Below, one piece after another: positions 25,106 through 36,835 of a DNA stretch of 64,000 nucleotides. The DNA is from Chloroflexota bacterium. Its GTDB lineage: Bacteria; Chloroflexota; UBA6077; JAJPHF01. Positions within the stretch are counted from its first letter, which is position 1, and every line of letters starts with the position of its first letter. A program made the position numbers and the translations under genes. The notes under the pieces are model-generated. The model saw only the letters and a program-made list of their open reading frames with translations. It did not search any database and was not told the DNA's origin. The stretch is from contig DATGKN010000124.1 of the NCBI GenBank assembly GCA_035294645.1, positions 38,335 through 102,334 on the forward strand, in the 5' to 3' direction.

Positions 25106-25624
25106 ATGGACGAGGCGCGCGCCGCTTTCACCACCCTCCTCACGGATGTCGCGCTGCCTGCGGCGCTGCGCGTGCTGGCCGGCTTGCTAGTTTTCGCGAT
25201 CGTTTGGCGAGGGGCGCTTCTTGCCCGGATCTGGTTCCACCGCAGCGCAGCGCGGGCCACAGCCGACCCCAACCTCCAGCTCCTGTTGGGACGGCTCATC
25301 TACCTAGCCGTCCTCGCCGTAGGCGCGGTATGGGCCCTGGACATCGCGGGCCTCAGCCCCGCGGCGTTCCTTACCGCGCTGGGGGTCGTGGGGCTGGCGA
25401 TTACCCTCGCCCTCCAGGATGTATTGCGCAACTTCTTCGCCGGGGTCTACCTGCTGTTCGAGCGGCCGTTCCGCATCGGCGACGAGATCACGGTGAAGGA
25501 CGTGCGCGGGCGCGTGGTGGACGTGGGCATGCGCATCACCAGCCTGCGCACCGACGACGGCGTGCTGGTACTGATCCCCAACGCGGTGCTGCTGGCCGAG
25601 GTGGTCAGCAACCGCTCGGCGTGA
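25106..25624 (+). CDS. Small-conductance mechanosensitive channel (short MscS family)
   Basis: Three TM helices, GLAITLALQDVLRNFFAG, ERPFRIGD, IPNA. Confidence 0.88.
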   Translation: MDEARAAFTTLLTDVALPAALRVLAGLLVFAIVWRGALLARIWFHRSAARATADPNLQLLLGRLIYLAVLAVGAVWALDIAGLSPAAFLTALGVVGLAITLALQDVLRNFFAGVYLLFERPFRIGDEITVKDVRGRVVDVGMRITSLRTDDGVLVLIPNAVLLAEVVSNRSA

Positions 25625-25768
25625 GCGGCTTGCAGCAGGGGGATTGCCCCGCCGCCGCTGCGCTGGCTACGATGAAGCGGCAGCGCTTGCCGGCGCCGGT
25701 CCTGGCGCGAGGCCACGGGGCGCCGGCGTTGCCAATATCTCCCCACCGCGGGGCGCGCGGGAGCGAGC

Positions 25769-26524
25769 GTGGGCAAAGCGATCCTGCACATCCATACCAC
25801 CTACAGCGACGGCCTGGCCACAGTCGATGAGATCCTCGACCACGTGGAGCACGAGTCCGACATCGATATCGTGGGGTTCGCCGACCACGACAACGTGCAG
25901 GCCTTTGCCGACGCGCTGGCCTGGAAGGCGCGCCATCCCGCCAGCCGCGTGCAGCCGCTGTGGGGCTGCGAGGTCACGACCTGGGGCTTCAAGCACCTCG
26001 TGGCGCTGATCCCCGAGCCGCCCTACCCGGCCGTGCCCTGGCCCAAGTTCCTGCCGCTGGCCCAGGCCGCAGCGGCGATTCGGGCCGCCGGGGGCCTGAT
26101 CATCGTGCCCCACGTCGACACGTTCTGGATTGGGCTAGGCCGGCGGCGGCTACGTCGCCTCGCCAGCGAGTTGGGCATCACCGGCTACGAGCTGCTCACG
26201 CCCGTGCCGGGTGCGCGACGGGCAGCAGAGAGCCTCGCCCGCGACCTCGGCGACTCGCTACTGGTGCCGGTGGGCGGTAGCGATGCGCACCACCTCGAGC
26301 ATCTCTACCAAGTGATCGTCGAGTTTCCGGGGCGGACGGTGGCCGAGTTCGCGGCGGCCCTGCGCGCGGGCACCGTGCAACCGCACTGGGGCGAGGCGCT
26401 GGCGCCTGTGCCGCTGCGCCGGCAACTGCACCAGCACGCCCGGGCATTAGTAGTGCAGCCCGCCCGGCAGCTCGGCGCCTGGTGTGGGCGCGGCACGGGG
26501 TGCTGGGGCGCCGCCGCGCGGTAG
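25769..26524 (+). CDS. PHP-domain phosphoesterase
   Basis: LHIHTTYSDG, ADHD, GCEV, GGSDAH. Confidence 0.88.
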   Translation: MGKAILHIHTTYSDGLATVDEILDHVEHESDIDIVGFADHDNVQAFADALAWKARHPASRVQPLWGCEVTTWGFKHLVALIPEPPYPAVPWPKFLPLAQAAAAIRAAGGLIIVPHVDTFWIGLGRRRLRRLASELGITGYELLTPVPGARRAAESLARDLGDSLLVPVGGSDAHHLEHLYQVIVEFPGRTVAEFAAALRAGTVQPHWGEALAPVPLRRQLHQHARALVVQPARQLGAWCGRGTGCWGAAAR

Positions 26525-26528
26525 CGGG

Positions 26529-27260
26529 TCACCAGCCGGCGGCCAGCCGGCGCGCCAGGCGCGGTGGCAGCCCAGCAGCTAGGATCTTCCGCTGGGTGAC
26601 CTCCACCGGGTACGGGGTCCGCCGCCAAGTGAGCACACCCTCCTCGGGCTCGTAGATCAGGTAGGCCGCGTCGGGATTGCCATCGCGCGGCTGCCCCACG
26701 CTGCCTGGATTGGCGAGCAACTGCCCCTCGTCCAGCCGCGCCACGCTCCCCGGCCCGCGCAGCGCGACCTCGATCTCGCCGGTGGGCCTAGCGAGGAACG
26801 ACGAGGGCAGGTGCGTGTGCCCAATCAGGCACAGCGGGGTGGCCACGCACGCCAGGCTGCGCGCGGCCACGTAGGCGTTGGTGACGTACTCCCAGATGGG
26901 ATCGCGCGGGCTGCCGTGCACCAGCGTGGCCCGTCGCTCCGGGAGCACTACCCGCTGCGGGCGAGAGGCCAGCCACTCGCGGTTGGCGGGGGTGAGCTGC
27001 TCGCCCGTCCAGCGCGCGGCCGCGGCCGCCTCCGCGTGGAACTCGTCCAGATCCGCCTGGCCGATCGCGGCCAAGTCGTGGTTGCCCACGATGCAGATGG
27101 CGTCCAGCGCCCGCAGGCGCTCGATGCACTCATTGGGCTCGGGGCCGTAGCCCACCACGTCGCCCAGGCACCACACCGCATCGACCGCGCCGGCATCCGC
27201 GAGCACGGCGTCGAGCGCGGCCAAGTTGCTATGGATGTCGCTTACCACCGCGACGCGCAC
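26529..27260 (-). CDS. Calcineurin-like metallophosphoesterase (YfcE/MJ0912-type)
   Basis: SDIHSN, LGDVVGYG, GNHD, HGSP, GHTH, NPGSVGQPRDG. Confidence 0.93.
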   Translation of the reverse strand: MRVAVVSDIHSNLAALDAVLADAGAVDAVWCLGDVVGYGPEPNECIERLRALDAICIVGNHDLAAIGQADLDEFHAEAAAAARWTGEQLTPANREWLASRPQRVVLPERRATLVHGSPRDPIWEYVTNAYVAARSLACVATPLCLIGHTHLPSSFLARPTGEIEVALRGPGSVARLDEGQLLANPGSVGQPRDGNPDAAYLIYEPEEGVLTWRRTPYPVEVTQRKILAAGLPPRLARRLAAGW

Positions 27261-27269
27261 GGGCGCTTC

Positions 27270-29171
<1,902 letters not shown>

Positions 29172-29180
29172 TCAACCGGG

Positions 29181-29189
29181 AGTGTACCA
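29181..29189 (-). promoter_or_regulatory. Extended -10 promoter (TGGTACACT) upstream of pyrG
   Basis: TGn-TACACT on the minus strand about 200 nt upstream of the pyrG start, in the tmk-pyrG gap. Confidence 0.45.
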
Positions 29190-29208
29190 CAGGCCCCGCC
29201 GCCCCTGG

Positions 29209-29865
29209 CTAGCCCCCCGCAGGCAGCCGCGCGCGGACGGCCTCCCAGATAGCCGCGTGCAACTGCTCGACCGGGGCACGGGCGTCGAGCAGCTGCCAGC
29301 GCTGCGGCTCGGCGGCGGCCAGTTGGTGGTACGCCGCGCGTACGCGCTCGTGGAATGCGAGCGTCTCGCCCTCGAAGCGCGTCCAGGCGCTGGCCTGGCG
29401 GGCGGCGGCGCCCTGCTTGCGGGCCAGCCCCTCGGCGGCCGGCAGGTCGAGCAGGAGGGTGAGGTCGGGCCAGCAACTGCCCGCCGCGAAGCGCACCACG
29501 GCCACTAGCGGCTCGAGTGGCAGCCCGCGGCCGGCGCCCTGGTAGGCCAGGGTCGAGTCGGCGAACCGATCGGCGACGACCACCGCGCCCGCCGCCAGCG
29601 CCGGCTGGATCACCCGCTCCACCAGCTCCGCGCGGGCCGCGCAGTACAGCAGTGCCTCGGCGCGCGGGGTGATCGCAGCATCGGGCGCGAGCAGCAACAC
29701 GCGCAAGTGGTCGCCCAGCGGCGTGGCCCCCGGCTCGCGCACGGGGCAGACCAGGTAGCCGCTGGCGGCCAGCGCGCGAGCGAGCAGCGCCGCCTGGGTG
29801 CTCTTGCCAGCCCCCTCCGGGCCTTCCAGCGTGACGAACAGCCCCTTGCGGCCCGACGCGGCCAT
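29209..29865 (-). CDS. tmk: Thymidylate kinase
   Basis: LEGPEGAGKSTQ, REPG, ADRFADSTLAYQG, PDLTLLLD. Confidence 0.95.
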   Translation of the reverse strand: MAASGRKGLFVTLEGPEGAGKSTQAALLARALAASGYLVCPVREPGATPLGDHLRVLLLAPDAAITPRAEALLYCAARAELVERVIQPALAAGAVVVADRFADSTLAYQGAGRGLPLEPLVAVVRFAAGSCWPDLTLLLDLPAAEGLARKQGAAARQASAWTRFEGETLAFHERVRAAYHQLAAAEPQRWQLLDARAPVEQLHAAIWEAVRARLPAGG

Positions 29866-31463
29866 CAGTCGGGCTTGTAGATGCGCACCCGACGGTATGG
29901 CTCCCGCCCCGTGCTGAGCGACGCCAGGTTGTAGCGCTCGGCTAGCTGGTGCTGGAGGCGCCGGATGTACGCGTTCTGCGGGGCGAGATCGACCGGGTTC
30001 GAGGTCTCCAACACGCTCTGGATGGCGATTTCGGCCTCTTCGAGGGCCGCAGCGCTCTCCGACCGCGCCAGGCGCGCGCCCGGCACGAGCTTGAGCAGCG
30101 CCTCTTCCATCTGCGCCTCGGCGTTGCTGCGCAGGACGAAGATCGGCGTGCCATTGGCCTCGGCGTCTCGCAGCGGCTGCGGCTTGCGGCGGTAGTAGTT
30201 CTTGACCGTGATCACCGCATCGGCGCTGTCCAAGTCGGTGGCGAGCGTCGCCGGTAGCTGCAGGGCCCGGATGGCGTGCTGCAGGCGCACGCGATTGACC
30301 CCGAACGGGTAGATCTGCATCACGCGCCGGGGGACGCTGCCCACCACAGGCACACTTGGGCGCGCCGGGGCGCGGCTGCCGTTGGCGCCGGGCTGGCCCA
30401 GGGCCACCAGCGCGGGGGCGGTGGGGCGACTGGCCGGGACGCGCTCCTCATGGACCCGGCCGTCGGGGTCGCGATAGCGGATGACGGCCGGCGGGGTCTG
30501 GCCGCGCAGCATGGCGTCGACCACGTCGGCGACGTTCTCGTGCACCACCACACGGTCCCACTGCTGGATCTCGACGACCACGTCGAACGTCGGCGGCGCC
30601 TTGCGCTCGAGGATCGACTTCTGCGTCCCGCGGCGGCGCGCCTCCTCGTCGCCGAGGGTCACGGTCTGGATGCCCCCGATCAGGTCGGACAGGGTGGGGT
30701 TGAGCATGAGGTTTTCCAGCGTGTTGCCGTGGGCGGTCGCCACGAGCTGCACGCCGCGCTCGGCGATAGTGCGGGCAGCCGCCGCCTCCAGCTCGGTGCC
30801 GATCTCATCGATGACGATGACCTCCGGCATGTGGTTCTCCACCGCCTCGATCATCACGTTGTGCTGCTCGGTCGGCGTGGCCACCTGCATGCGCCGGGCG
30901 CGGCCGATGCCCGGATGGGGGATGTCGCCGTCGCCGGCGATCTCATTGGAGGTGTCTACCACGATCACGCGCTTGCGCATATCGTCGGCCAGCACCCGGG
31001 CCGTCTCGCGCAACATGGTCGTCTTGCCCACGCCGGGCCGCCCGAGCAGCAAGATGCTCCGCCCGCCCTCGACGATATCGCGGATGATGTCGATGGTGCC
31101 GAACACGGCGCGCCCCACGCGAGCGGTGAGCCCCACGATGCGCCCCGAGCGGTTGCGAATGGCCGAGATGCGATGCAGCGTGCGCTCGATCCCCGCGCGG
31201 TTGTCGGCGCCGAACGCGCCGATGCGCCCGACGACGAAATCGATGTCCTCTTGGGTAACGGGGAACTCGCTGAGCGTCACCTCACGCCCGGGATAGCGCG
31301 CCTCGGGCAGGCGCCCGAGATCCAGGATCACCTCCAGCAAGGCGAAGCGCTCCGGATCGCTCTGCAACGGCTCGCCGATCCGGGGGGGGAGGACGGCCAA
31401 CAACGCATTGAGATCGTCCGAGACGATCTGCGGCTGCACGGGCGGCTGGGACATCTGCGCCAT
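29865..31463 (-). CDS. Ycf45/SpoIIIAA-like AAA ATPase with C-terminal R3H domain
   Basis: [51 protein letters not shown], and R3H motif [14 protein letters not shown]...GREPYRRV. Confidence 0.9.
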   Translation of the reverse strand: MAQMSQPPVQPQIVSDDLNALLAVLPPRIGEPLQSDPERFALLEVILDLGRLPEARYPGREVTLSEFPVTQEDIDFVVGRIGAFGADNRAGIERTLHRISAIRNRSGRIVGLTARVGRAVFGTIDIIRDIVEGGRSILLLGRPGVGKTTMLRETARVLADDMRKRVIVVDTSNEIAGDGDIPHPGIGRARRMQVATPTEQHNVMIEAVENHMPEVIVIDEIGTELEAAAARTIAERGVQLVATAHGNTLENLMLNPTLSDLIGGIQTVTLGDEEARRRGTQKSILERKAPPTFDVVVEIQQWDRVVVHENVADVVDAMLRGQTPPAVIRYRDPDGRVHEERVPASRPTAPALVALGQPGANGSRAPARPSVPVVGSVPRRVMQIYPFGVNRVRLQHAIRALQLPATLATDLDSADAVITVKNYYRRKPQPLRDAEANGTPIFVLRSNAEAQMEEALLKLVPGARLARSESAAALEEAEIAIQSVLETSNPVDLAPQNAYIRRLQHQLAERYNLASLSTGREPYRRVRIYKPD

Positions 31464-31483
31464 CTTCACCACCTGGCTAATCG

Positions 31484-32461
31484 TCACCCTCCAATCGTCG
31501 ACCGCACCACCGCGGCTACCAACGGACGGGCGGGCACGCGCACCGCCAACTGGCAGACCAACACGATACACTCCGCTACCAACGCGAACCCCGCGCGCTC
31601 GAGCGCCGCCCGCACTCCCGCCTGGTAGGCGCGGCAGGTGGCGTACAGGGGCAAGCGCGGCTGCGCGCAGCTCAGCCCCCCGGCCACCAGCGCGTCGAGG
31701 TGCCGCTCGTGCTGAGGATGCACTAGCCATTCCAGGTGCTGGCTGCGCCCGCTCTCCACCAGCTCCAGCCAGCCGGCCAGGCCAGTGCCGGTGTCCCACA
31801 CGAACTGCCGCCGCCCGCTCAACTGCCGCGGTGACCAGCGGCGCGCGCCCTTGTGCAACGCGGCCCACTCTTCCAGCGTCAGCGCCTCCGCGGCGCGCGC
31901 GGGCGCTGGCACCGCCGCCGTGTACAGCTGGAACAACGCGTGCTCGTCGCCGCGCGCCCGGGGCCGCGGCCGCCAGGCCGCCGGGGGGGCCTGGCCCAGG
32001 GGCGGGCGCCTGAGCAGCGCCGCCTCGGTGTACGGCCGGAAGCCGGCGCGCTGGGCGACCGCGAGGTGTGGCGTCTCGCACGGCAGCTCCAGGAACACGC
32101 GGCGGGCGCCCCGCTGGAGCGCATCGTCACACACCCGCTGCAGCAGCGCGGCAACCACCTCGTCGCGGCCGGCGTCGGCCCACAGATGGCGCACATCCCA
32201 AACCAGCCCGTCGCTGCGTACACGCCCCACCAGCACGCCGTTGACCCCGGCCTCGTCGAGGTACACCCAGGCGCGCCGGCGCCCGGCGTGAGGCGCCACG
32301 GACTGGGAAAGCAGGCTCCACAGGGGCAAGCGCGCATCGGCGTCGGGGCTGCGGGGCCAAGAGGGCGCGGTCACCTGCACACAGCTCGGGCGCGTGTCGA
32401 AGGCGCGCAGCGCCACCAGATGCGTGGGTCTGAGCGAGCGAACCGCTCTCTTCGCCGTCAT
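31484..32461 (-). CDS. Tandem GNAT-like hypothetical protein
   Basis: Two degenerate acetyltransferase-like halves ending in ...QRAGF and ...ERAGF. ATGA overlap with the pdxT stop. Confidence 0.6.
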   Translation of the reverse strand: MTAKRAVRSLRPTHLVALRAFDTRPSCVQVTAPSWPRSPDADARLPLWSLLSQSVAPHAGRRRAWVYLDEAGVNGVLVGRVRSDGLVWDVRHLWADAGRDEVVAALLQRVCDDALQRGARRVFLELPCETPHLAVAQRAGFRPYTEAALLRRPPLGQAPPAAWRPRPRARGDEHALFQLYTAAVPAPARAAEALTLEEWAALHKGARRWSPRQLSGRRQFVWDTGTGLAGWLELVESGRSQHLEWLVHPQHERHLDALVAGGLSCAQPRLPLYATCRAYQAGVRAALERAGFALVAECIVLVCQLAVRVPARPLVAAVVRSTIGG

Positions 32462-33057
32462 GCAGCGCCCGACGCGTCGTCCCGTCCGACGATCTGCTGC
32501 AGAAAGTACCGATGGAAGCGCAGGTCGCCCGTCAGCTCGGGGTGGAAGGTCAGCGCCAGCCGTGGTCCCTGGCGGACGGCCACGACCTCGCCCCCGTCGA
32601 GCCGCGCCAGCACCTCTACCCCCGGCCCGATCTCCAGAATGCGCGGCGCACGGATAAATACAGCGGGCACCGGCGGGGCTCCCAGCGCCGGTACGTCTAG
32701 CTCGGCCTCGAAGCTGTCCACCTGGCGCCCATAGGCGTTGCGGCTCACCACCAGGTCCATCACGCCCAGTGGCGACGGCCCCTCGCCCGCGATCTGCCGC
32801 GCCAGCAGGATGGCGCCCGCACAGGTGCCCAGCACCGGCAGCCCGGCGGCCAGCCGCTCGCGCAGCGGCTCGACCAGCGCGTAGTCCGCGAGCAGGCGCC
32901 GCATGGTCGTGCTCTCGCCCCCCGGGAGGATGAGCCCGTCGAGGGCGGCGAGCTGGGCCGGCAGGCGCACCTCCACCGGCTCCGCCCCGAGCTGGGCGAC
33001 GACACGCGCATGCTCCCGAAAGTCGCCTTGAAGTGCTAGCACTCCGATGCGCTGCAT
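32458..33057 (-). CDS. pdxT: PLP synthase glutaminase subunit
   Basis: GVLALQGDFREH, PGGESTT, GTCAG, RNAYGRQVDSFE, FHPEL. Confidence 0.97.
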   Translation of the reverse strand: MQRIGVLALQGDFREHARVVAQLGAEPVEVRLPAQLAALDGLILPGGESTTMRRLLADYALVEPLRERLAAGLPVLGTCAGAILLARQIAGEGPSPLGVMDLVVSRNAYGRQVDSFEAELDVPALGAPPVPAVFIRAPRILEIGPGVEVLARLDGGEVVAVRQGPRLALTFHPELTGDLRFHRYFLQQIVGRDDASGAA

Positions 33058-33058
33058 G

Positions 33059-33940
33059 CTACCAGCCGCGCGTGGCCAACAGCTCCTCGCGGCGCAGCGT
33101 GCTCAGCTCCAGCCCCGGCATCGCCTCGCCCAGGCCGCGCGACACCTCGGCCAACACCTGCGGGTCCCGGAAATGGGTGACCGCCTTGACGATCGCCCGC
33201 GCCCGCGCCGCCGGGTTCGCCGACTTGAAGATGCCCGAGCCGACGAACACCCCATCGGCTCCCAGCTGCATCATCAGCGCGGCGTCGGCGGGCGTGGCGA
33301 TGCCGCCCGCGGCGAAGTTCACTACCGGTAGCGCCTTCTGCTCGGCCACCTGGACGACCAAGTGGTACGGCGCGCCGAGCTCCTTGGCGGCGGCCATCAG
33401 CTCCTCGCGCGGCAGCGCGGCCAGCCGTCGGATGCCGTCCTGGACCGCCCGCATGTGGCGCACCGCCTCGACCACGTTGCCCGTGCCGGCCTCCCCCTTG
33501 GTGCGGATCATCGCCGCCCCCTCGGCGATGCGGCGCAAGGCCTCTCCCAAGTCCCGCGCCCCGCAGACGAACGGCACGGTGAAGGCGTGCTTGTCCACAT
33601 GATGCGTCTCATCGGCCGGGGTGAGCACCTCGCTCTCGTCGATGTAATCGACGCCCAGCGCCTCGAGGATCTGCGCCTCGACGAAGTGCCCGATGCGGCA
33701 CTTCGCCATCACGGGGATCGACACCGCCTCCATGATCCGCAGGATCACCTCGGGGTCCGCCATCCGCGCCACGCCCCCGGCCGCCCGGATGTCCGCGGGC
33801 ACGCGCTCGAGCGCCATGACGGCACAGGCGCCCGCTTCCTCCGCGATCTTGGCCTGCTCGGGCGTCACCACGTCCATGATGACGCCCCCCTTGAGCATCT
33901 GCGCCAGGCCCGTCTTCACCGTCCAGGTGCCGCGCTCCAT
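33059..33940 (-). CDS. pdxS: PLP synthase lyase subunit
   Basis: [52 protein letters not shown]. Confidence 0.98.
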   Translation of the reverse strand: MERGTWTVKTGLAQMLKGGVIMDVVTPEQAKIAEEAGACAVMALERVPADIRAAGGVARMADPEVILRIMEAVSIPVMAKCRIGHFVEAQILEALGVDYIDESEVLTPADETHHVDKHAFTVPFVCGARDLGEALRRIAEGAAMIRTKGEAGTGNVVEAVRHMRAVQDGIRRLAALPREELMAAAKELGAPYHLVVQVAEQKALPVVNFAAGGIATPADAALMMQLGADGVFVGSGIFKSANPAARARAIVKAVTHFRDPQVLAEVSRGLGEAMPGLELSTLRREELLATRGW

Positions 33941-34003
33941 CCCCTTTTCCTCGCTCGTGCGGCAGTAGGCGCTTCCCATGGTGGGCCGCCAGCCTCACTG
34001 TGC

Positions 34004-34070
34004 ATTCTACACGCCCGTTTCGGCGGCTCGCAACGGCGCATTTGACAGCCACGGCACTGCCCGCTACACT
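34004..34070. promoter_or_regulatory. Divergent promoters: near-consensus sigma70 promoter toward trkA (+) and a weaker one toward pdxS (-)
   Basis: Plus strand: TTGACA (34042-34047)-17 nt-TACACT (34065-34070). Minus strand: TTGCGA (34028-34033)-18 nt-TAGAAT (34004-34009). Confidence 0.7.
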
Positions 34071-34280
34071 AAGTAGCTTGCCACATCACGTCGCGCGCGG
34101 CCCACGACGCCCCCCCTGCCCACGGGGCCGCCGGGCAGCGCGGCGGGAAGGTACACTGGACGACCGCATGCGTACGGTCTCCCGCGCCCAGCGGGTAGCG
34201 ACGCCTAGGCGGCCTCCCACCACCGCCTCCGCTTCGCCCTTGCCCTCGGCGTGCGTGTAGGTTGAGGAGTAGCCGGTCCG

Positions 34281-34697
34281 ATGTACGTGATCATTATGGG
34301 CTGTGGGCGCGTCGGCGCACGGCTGGCGCGCCTGCTGACGGAAGCCGGGCATGAGGTTCTGGTGCTCGACGTCAACAGCCATGCGTTCTGGCGGCTGGGC
34401 GCCGACTTCAAGGGGCGCACGATGGTCGGCAACGGCATCGACCAGGACGTGCTGCGGCGCGCGGGCATCGAGCGCGCCGATGCGTTCGCCGCGGTGACCC
34501 AGGGCGACAATCGCAACATCATGGCGGCTCAGATGGCTAAGTACATCTTCCGGGTGCCGCGCGTGGTCACCCGCATCTACGACCCGATCCGCCAGGATAC
34601 CTACGCCGCGCTGGGCCTCCGCGCGATCTCGCCCACCGTGCTGGGCGCGGAGGCGATTCTCCAGGCGCTGCTGGCGGAGCCCACCCAGGAGGAATAA
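34281..34697 (+). CDS. TrkA-family protein, RCK-N (NAD-binding) domain only
   Basis: IIMGCGRVG Rossmann motif, AVTQGDNRN, RIYDP. 138 aa with no RCK-C domain. Confidence 0.88.
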   Translation: MYVIIMGCGRVGARLARLLTEAGHEVLVLDVNSHAFWRLGADFKGRTMVGNGIDQDVLRRAGIERADAFAAVTQGDNRNIMAAQMAKYIFRVPRVVTRIYDPIRQDTYAALGLRAISPTVLGAEAILQALLAEPTQEE

Positions 34698-34699
34698 GC

Positions 34700-35362
34700 A
34701 TGTACGCGATCGTGGCCGGCGGCGGGAAGGTCGGGTTCTACCTCGCGAAAGAGCTGGCCGAGCGGGGCGAAGAGGTCCTGGTCATCGAGAAGGACCCCAA
34801 GCGCTGCACCTACATCACGGAGGAGCTGGGCAACGTCGTGCTCAACGGCGACGCGGCCGAGGCCTCGGTGCTGGCCGAGGCGGGCGCGGCGCGCGCCGAC
34901 GTGATCGCGGCGGTCACGGGCGACGATGAGGACAACCTGGTCATCTGCCAGGTGGCCAAGCTGCGCTTCAAGGCTGCCCGCACCATCGCCCGCATCAACA
35001 ACCCCAAGAACGCGGCGGTGTTCCGCCTCTTAGGCATCGACGCCACCGTGAGCAGCACGGATGTGATCCTGAGCCAGCTCGAACAGGAGCTGCCGGCGCG
35101 CTCCGTCATCCCGCTGCTGCGACTGCGCCACGCCGACGTGGAAGTGGTGGAGGCGATCCTGCCACCCAACGCACCCGCTATCGGTCGCCCGCTGCGCGAG
35201 CTAGACTTGCCGCGCGATTGCACGATCAGCGTCGTGATCCGCAACGGCCAGCCGATCTTTCCCAACGGCGACACCCGCCTCGCCGCGGGCGATGAGGTGA
35301 TCGCCCTGACCACCCCGGCCAGCGAGCCGCGCCTCCGCGACCTGCTGTTGCAGCCGGCGTAG
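34700..35362 (+). CDS. trkA: TrkA/KtrA-family potassium uptake regulatory subunit (RCK-N + RCK-C)
   Basis: VAGGGKVG, VTGDDEDN, ARINNP, and RCK-C IGRPLREL...IR.G...P.GDT.L..GDEV. Confidence 0.9.
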   Translation: MYAIVAGGGKVGFYLAKELAERGEEVLVIEKDPKRCTYITEELGNVVLNGDAAEASVLAEAGAARADVIAAVTGDDEDNLVICQVAKLRFKAARTIARINNPKNAAVFRLLGIDATVSSTDVILSQLEQELPARSVIPLLRLRHADVEVVEAILPPNAPAIGRPLRELDLPRDCTISVVIRNGQPIFPNGDTRLAAGDEVIALTTPASEPRLRDLLLQPA

Positions 35363-35365
35363 CCG

Positions 35366-35884
35366 TCAGCCGGCCTTCTCCTGCTCCCAGCCGGCGATGA
35401 ACTTGCGCCACTCGCTGTGGCCGTCGAGGTACTGGTGGAACAGGTAGTAGCTACTGGCACGCGGCTCGAACGGTTGCCGCCGCAAGGTCATGCGCGCCTC
35501 CTCCGGCGTCTTGCCCCCCTTGCGGTGGTTGCACTGCCGGCAGGCGCTGACCAGGTTGTCCCACACGTGGCGCCCGCCACGGTGGCGGGGGATGAGGTGG
35601 TCGAGGGTGAGGTCCTTCGAGCGCACGCCACAGTACTGGCAGGTGTAGTTGTCGCGCAGGAACACCTCGCGGCGCGTGAGCCGCACCCGGGGCCGCGGGC
35701 GCTTGACCAGCTGGACCAGCCGGATCACCGAGGGACGTGGGAACACCCGGGTGGGCGTGCGAATGACCCCTGGCCACTGCTCGAGGAGTTCGGCTTTGCC
35801 CCGATCGAGGAGAATGATCGCGCGACGCGGGTGACAGACGTTGAGCGGCTCGTAGTTCTGATTCAAGACCAGGACTGAGTCCAC
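35366..35884 (-). CDS. HNH endonuclease family protein
   Basis: VLVLNQNYEPL, PSVIRL, RDNYTCQYCG, TLDHLIP, WDNLVSACRQCNHRKG. GTG start after GGAGGG. Confidence 0.93.
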   Translation of the reverse strand: MDSVLVLNQNYEPLNVCHPRRAIILLDRGKAELLEQWPGVIRTPTRVFPRPSVIRLVQLVKRPRPRVRLTRREVFLRDNYTCQYCGVRSKDLTLDHLIPRHRGGRHVWDNLVSACRQCNHRKGGKTPEEARMTLRRQPFEPRASSYYLFHQYLDGHSEWRKFIAGWEQEKAG

Positions 35885-36047
35885 GCACGCCCTCCGGCCG
35901 CGCGAGTACCTCCTGGGCAGCCGACTAGCACCGCATCCGCGGCGCTGGCGCACCGCCTGAGCGCGGCTATGCCTGCTAGAAGTCTAGCACTGGCCTATCG
36001 AGGCGGCAAGCACCGGGTGGATCCCCGCTTCTCGGCGGTTACCGGCG

Positions 36048-36815
36048 CTACTCCGCCGCGGTCCCGCGCTCTCGGGGTGGCGCTCCGCCCGCGCCGTCCG
36101 CGGGTACCAGTCCCAACCGCGCGCACTCCTCCCAGGCGGCGTCGTCGAGCAGGTCGGGCCGCCAGGCCAGCGTGCGCGCCAATGCCGCCCGCCGGCGCCA
36201 CGCCGCCACTGCCGCGTGGCTGCCGCCCAGCAGCACGGCGGGCACGCGGCGGCCTCGGAACTCGACCGGCCGCGTGTATTGGGGGTACTCCAACAAGCCC
36301 GTGGCGTAGGACTCCTCGGCGCTCGACGCTGCGTCGCCCAGCACCCCGGGCACCAGCCGGGCTACCGCGTCGATCACCACCATGGCCGCCAGCTCCCCGC
36401 CGGTGAGCACGTAGTCGCCGATCGACACGCGCTCGGCCCCCAGCTCCTCGATCGCGCGCTCATCGATCCCCTCGTAGTGTCCGCACACGAGCACCAGCTG
36501 CGGCGCCCGCGCCCAGGCCTGCGCCTGCGCCTGGCGGAACCGCGGCGCGCTCGCCGCCAGCACCACCACCACCGCTCCCGGCCCGCGCACCGCCTCGACG
36601 GCGCGACACACGGGCTCGGCCCTCAGCACCATGCCGGGCCCGCCGCCGTAGGGATAGTCGTCCACCACGTGGTGGCGGCCCTGGGCCCACTGGCGCAGCT
36701 GGTGCACCCGTAGGTCGAGCAGCCCCCCCTCGCGGGCCCGACGCAGGATACTGGCGTCGAACGGCCCCACGAACATCTCGGGGAACAGCGTCAGCACGTC
36801 GATGCGCAGCGCCAT
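36048..36815 (-). CDS. trmD: tRNA (guanine37-N1)-methyltransferase
   Basis: IDVLTLFPEMF, VDDYPYGGGPGMV, CGHYEGIDER, SIGDYVLTGGE, LLEYPQYTRP. Confidence 0.97.
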   Translation of the reverse strand: MALRIDVLTLFPEMFVGPFDASILRRAREGGLLDLRVHQLRQWAQGRHHVVDDYPYGGGPGMVLRAEPVCRAVEAVRGPGAVVVVLAASAPRFRQAQAQAWARAPQLVLVCGHYEGIDERAIEELGAERVSIGDYVLTGGELAAMVVIDAVARLVPGVLGDAASSAEESYATGLLEYPQYTRPVEFRGRRVPAVLLGGSHAAVAAWRRRAALARTLAWRPDLLDDAAWEECARLGLVPADGAGGAPPRERGTAAE

Positions 36816-36835
36816 CGTTGCCCCGGGCCAGCCGC

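Noticed and set aside
34168-34260. 30-codon ORF in the trkA leader
   Set aside because: No RBS, low-complexity Pro/Ala/Ser sequence and atypical codons.
35366-35884. HNH gene as a mobile or defence element
   Set aside because: It resembles the widespread chromosomal VLVLN-type HNH family. No methylase, intron, terminal repeats or compositional shift is nearby.
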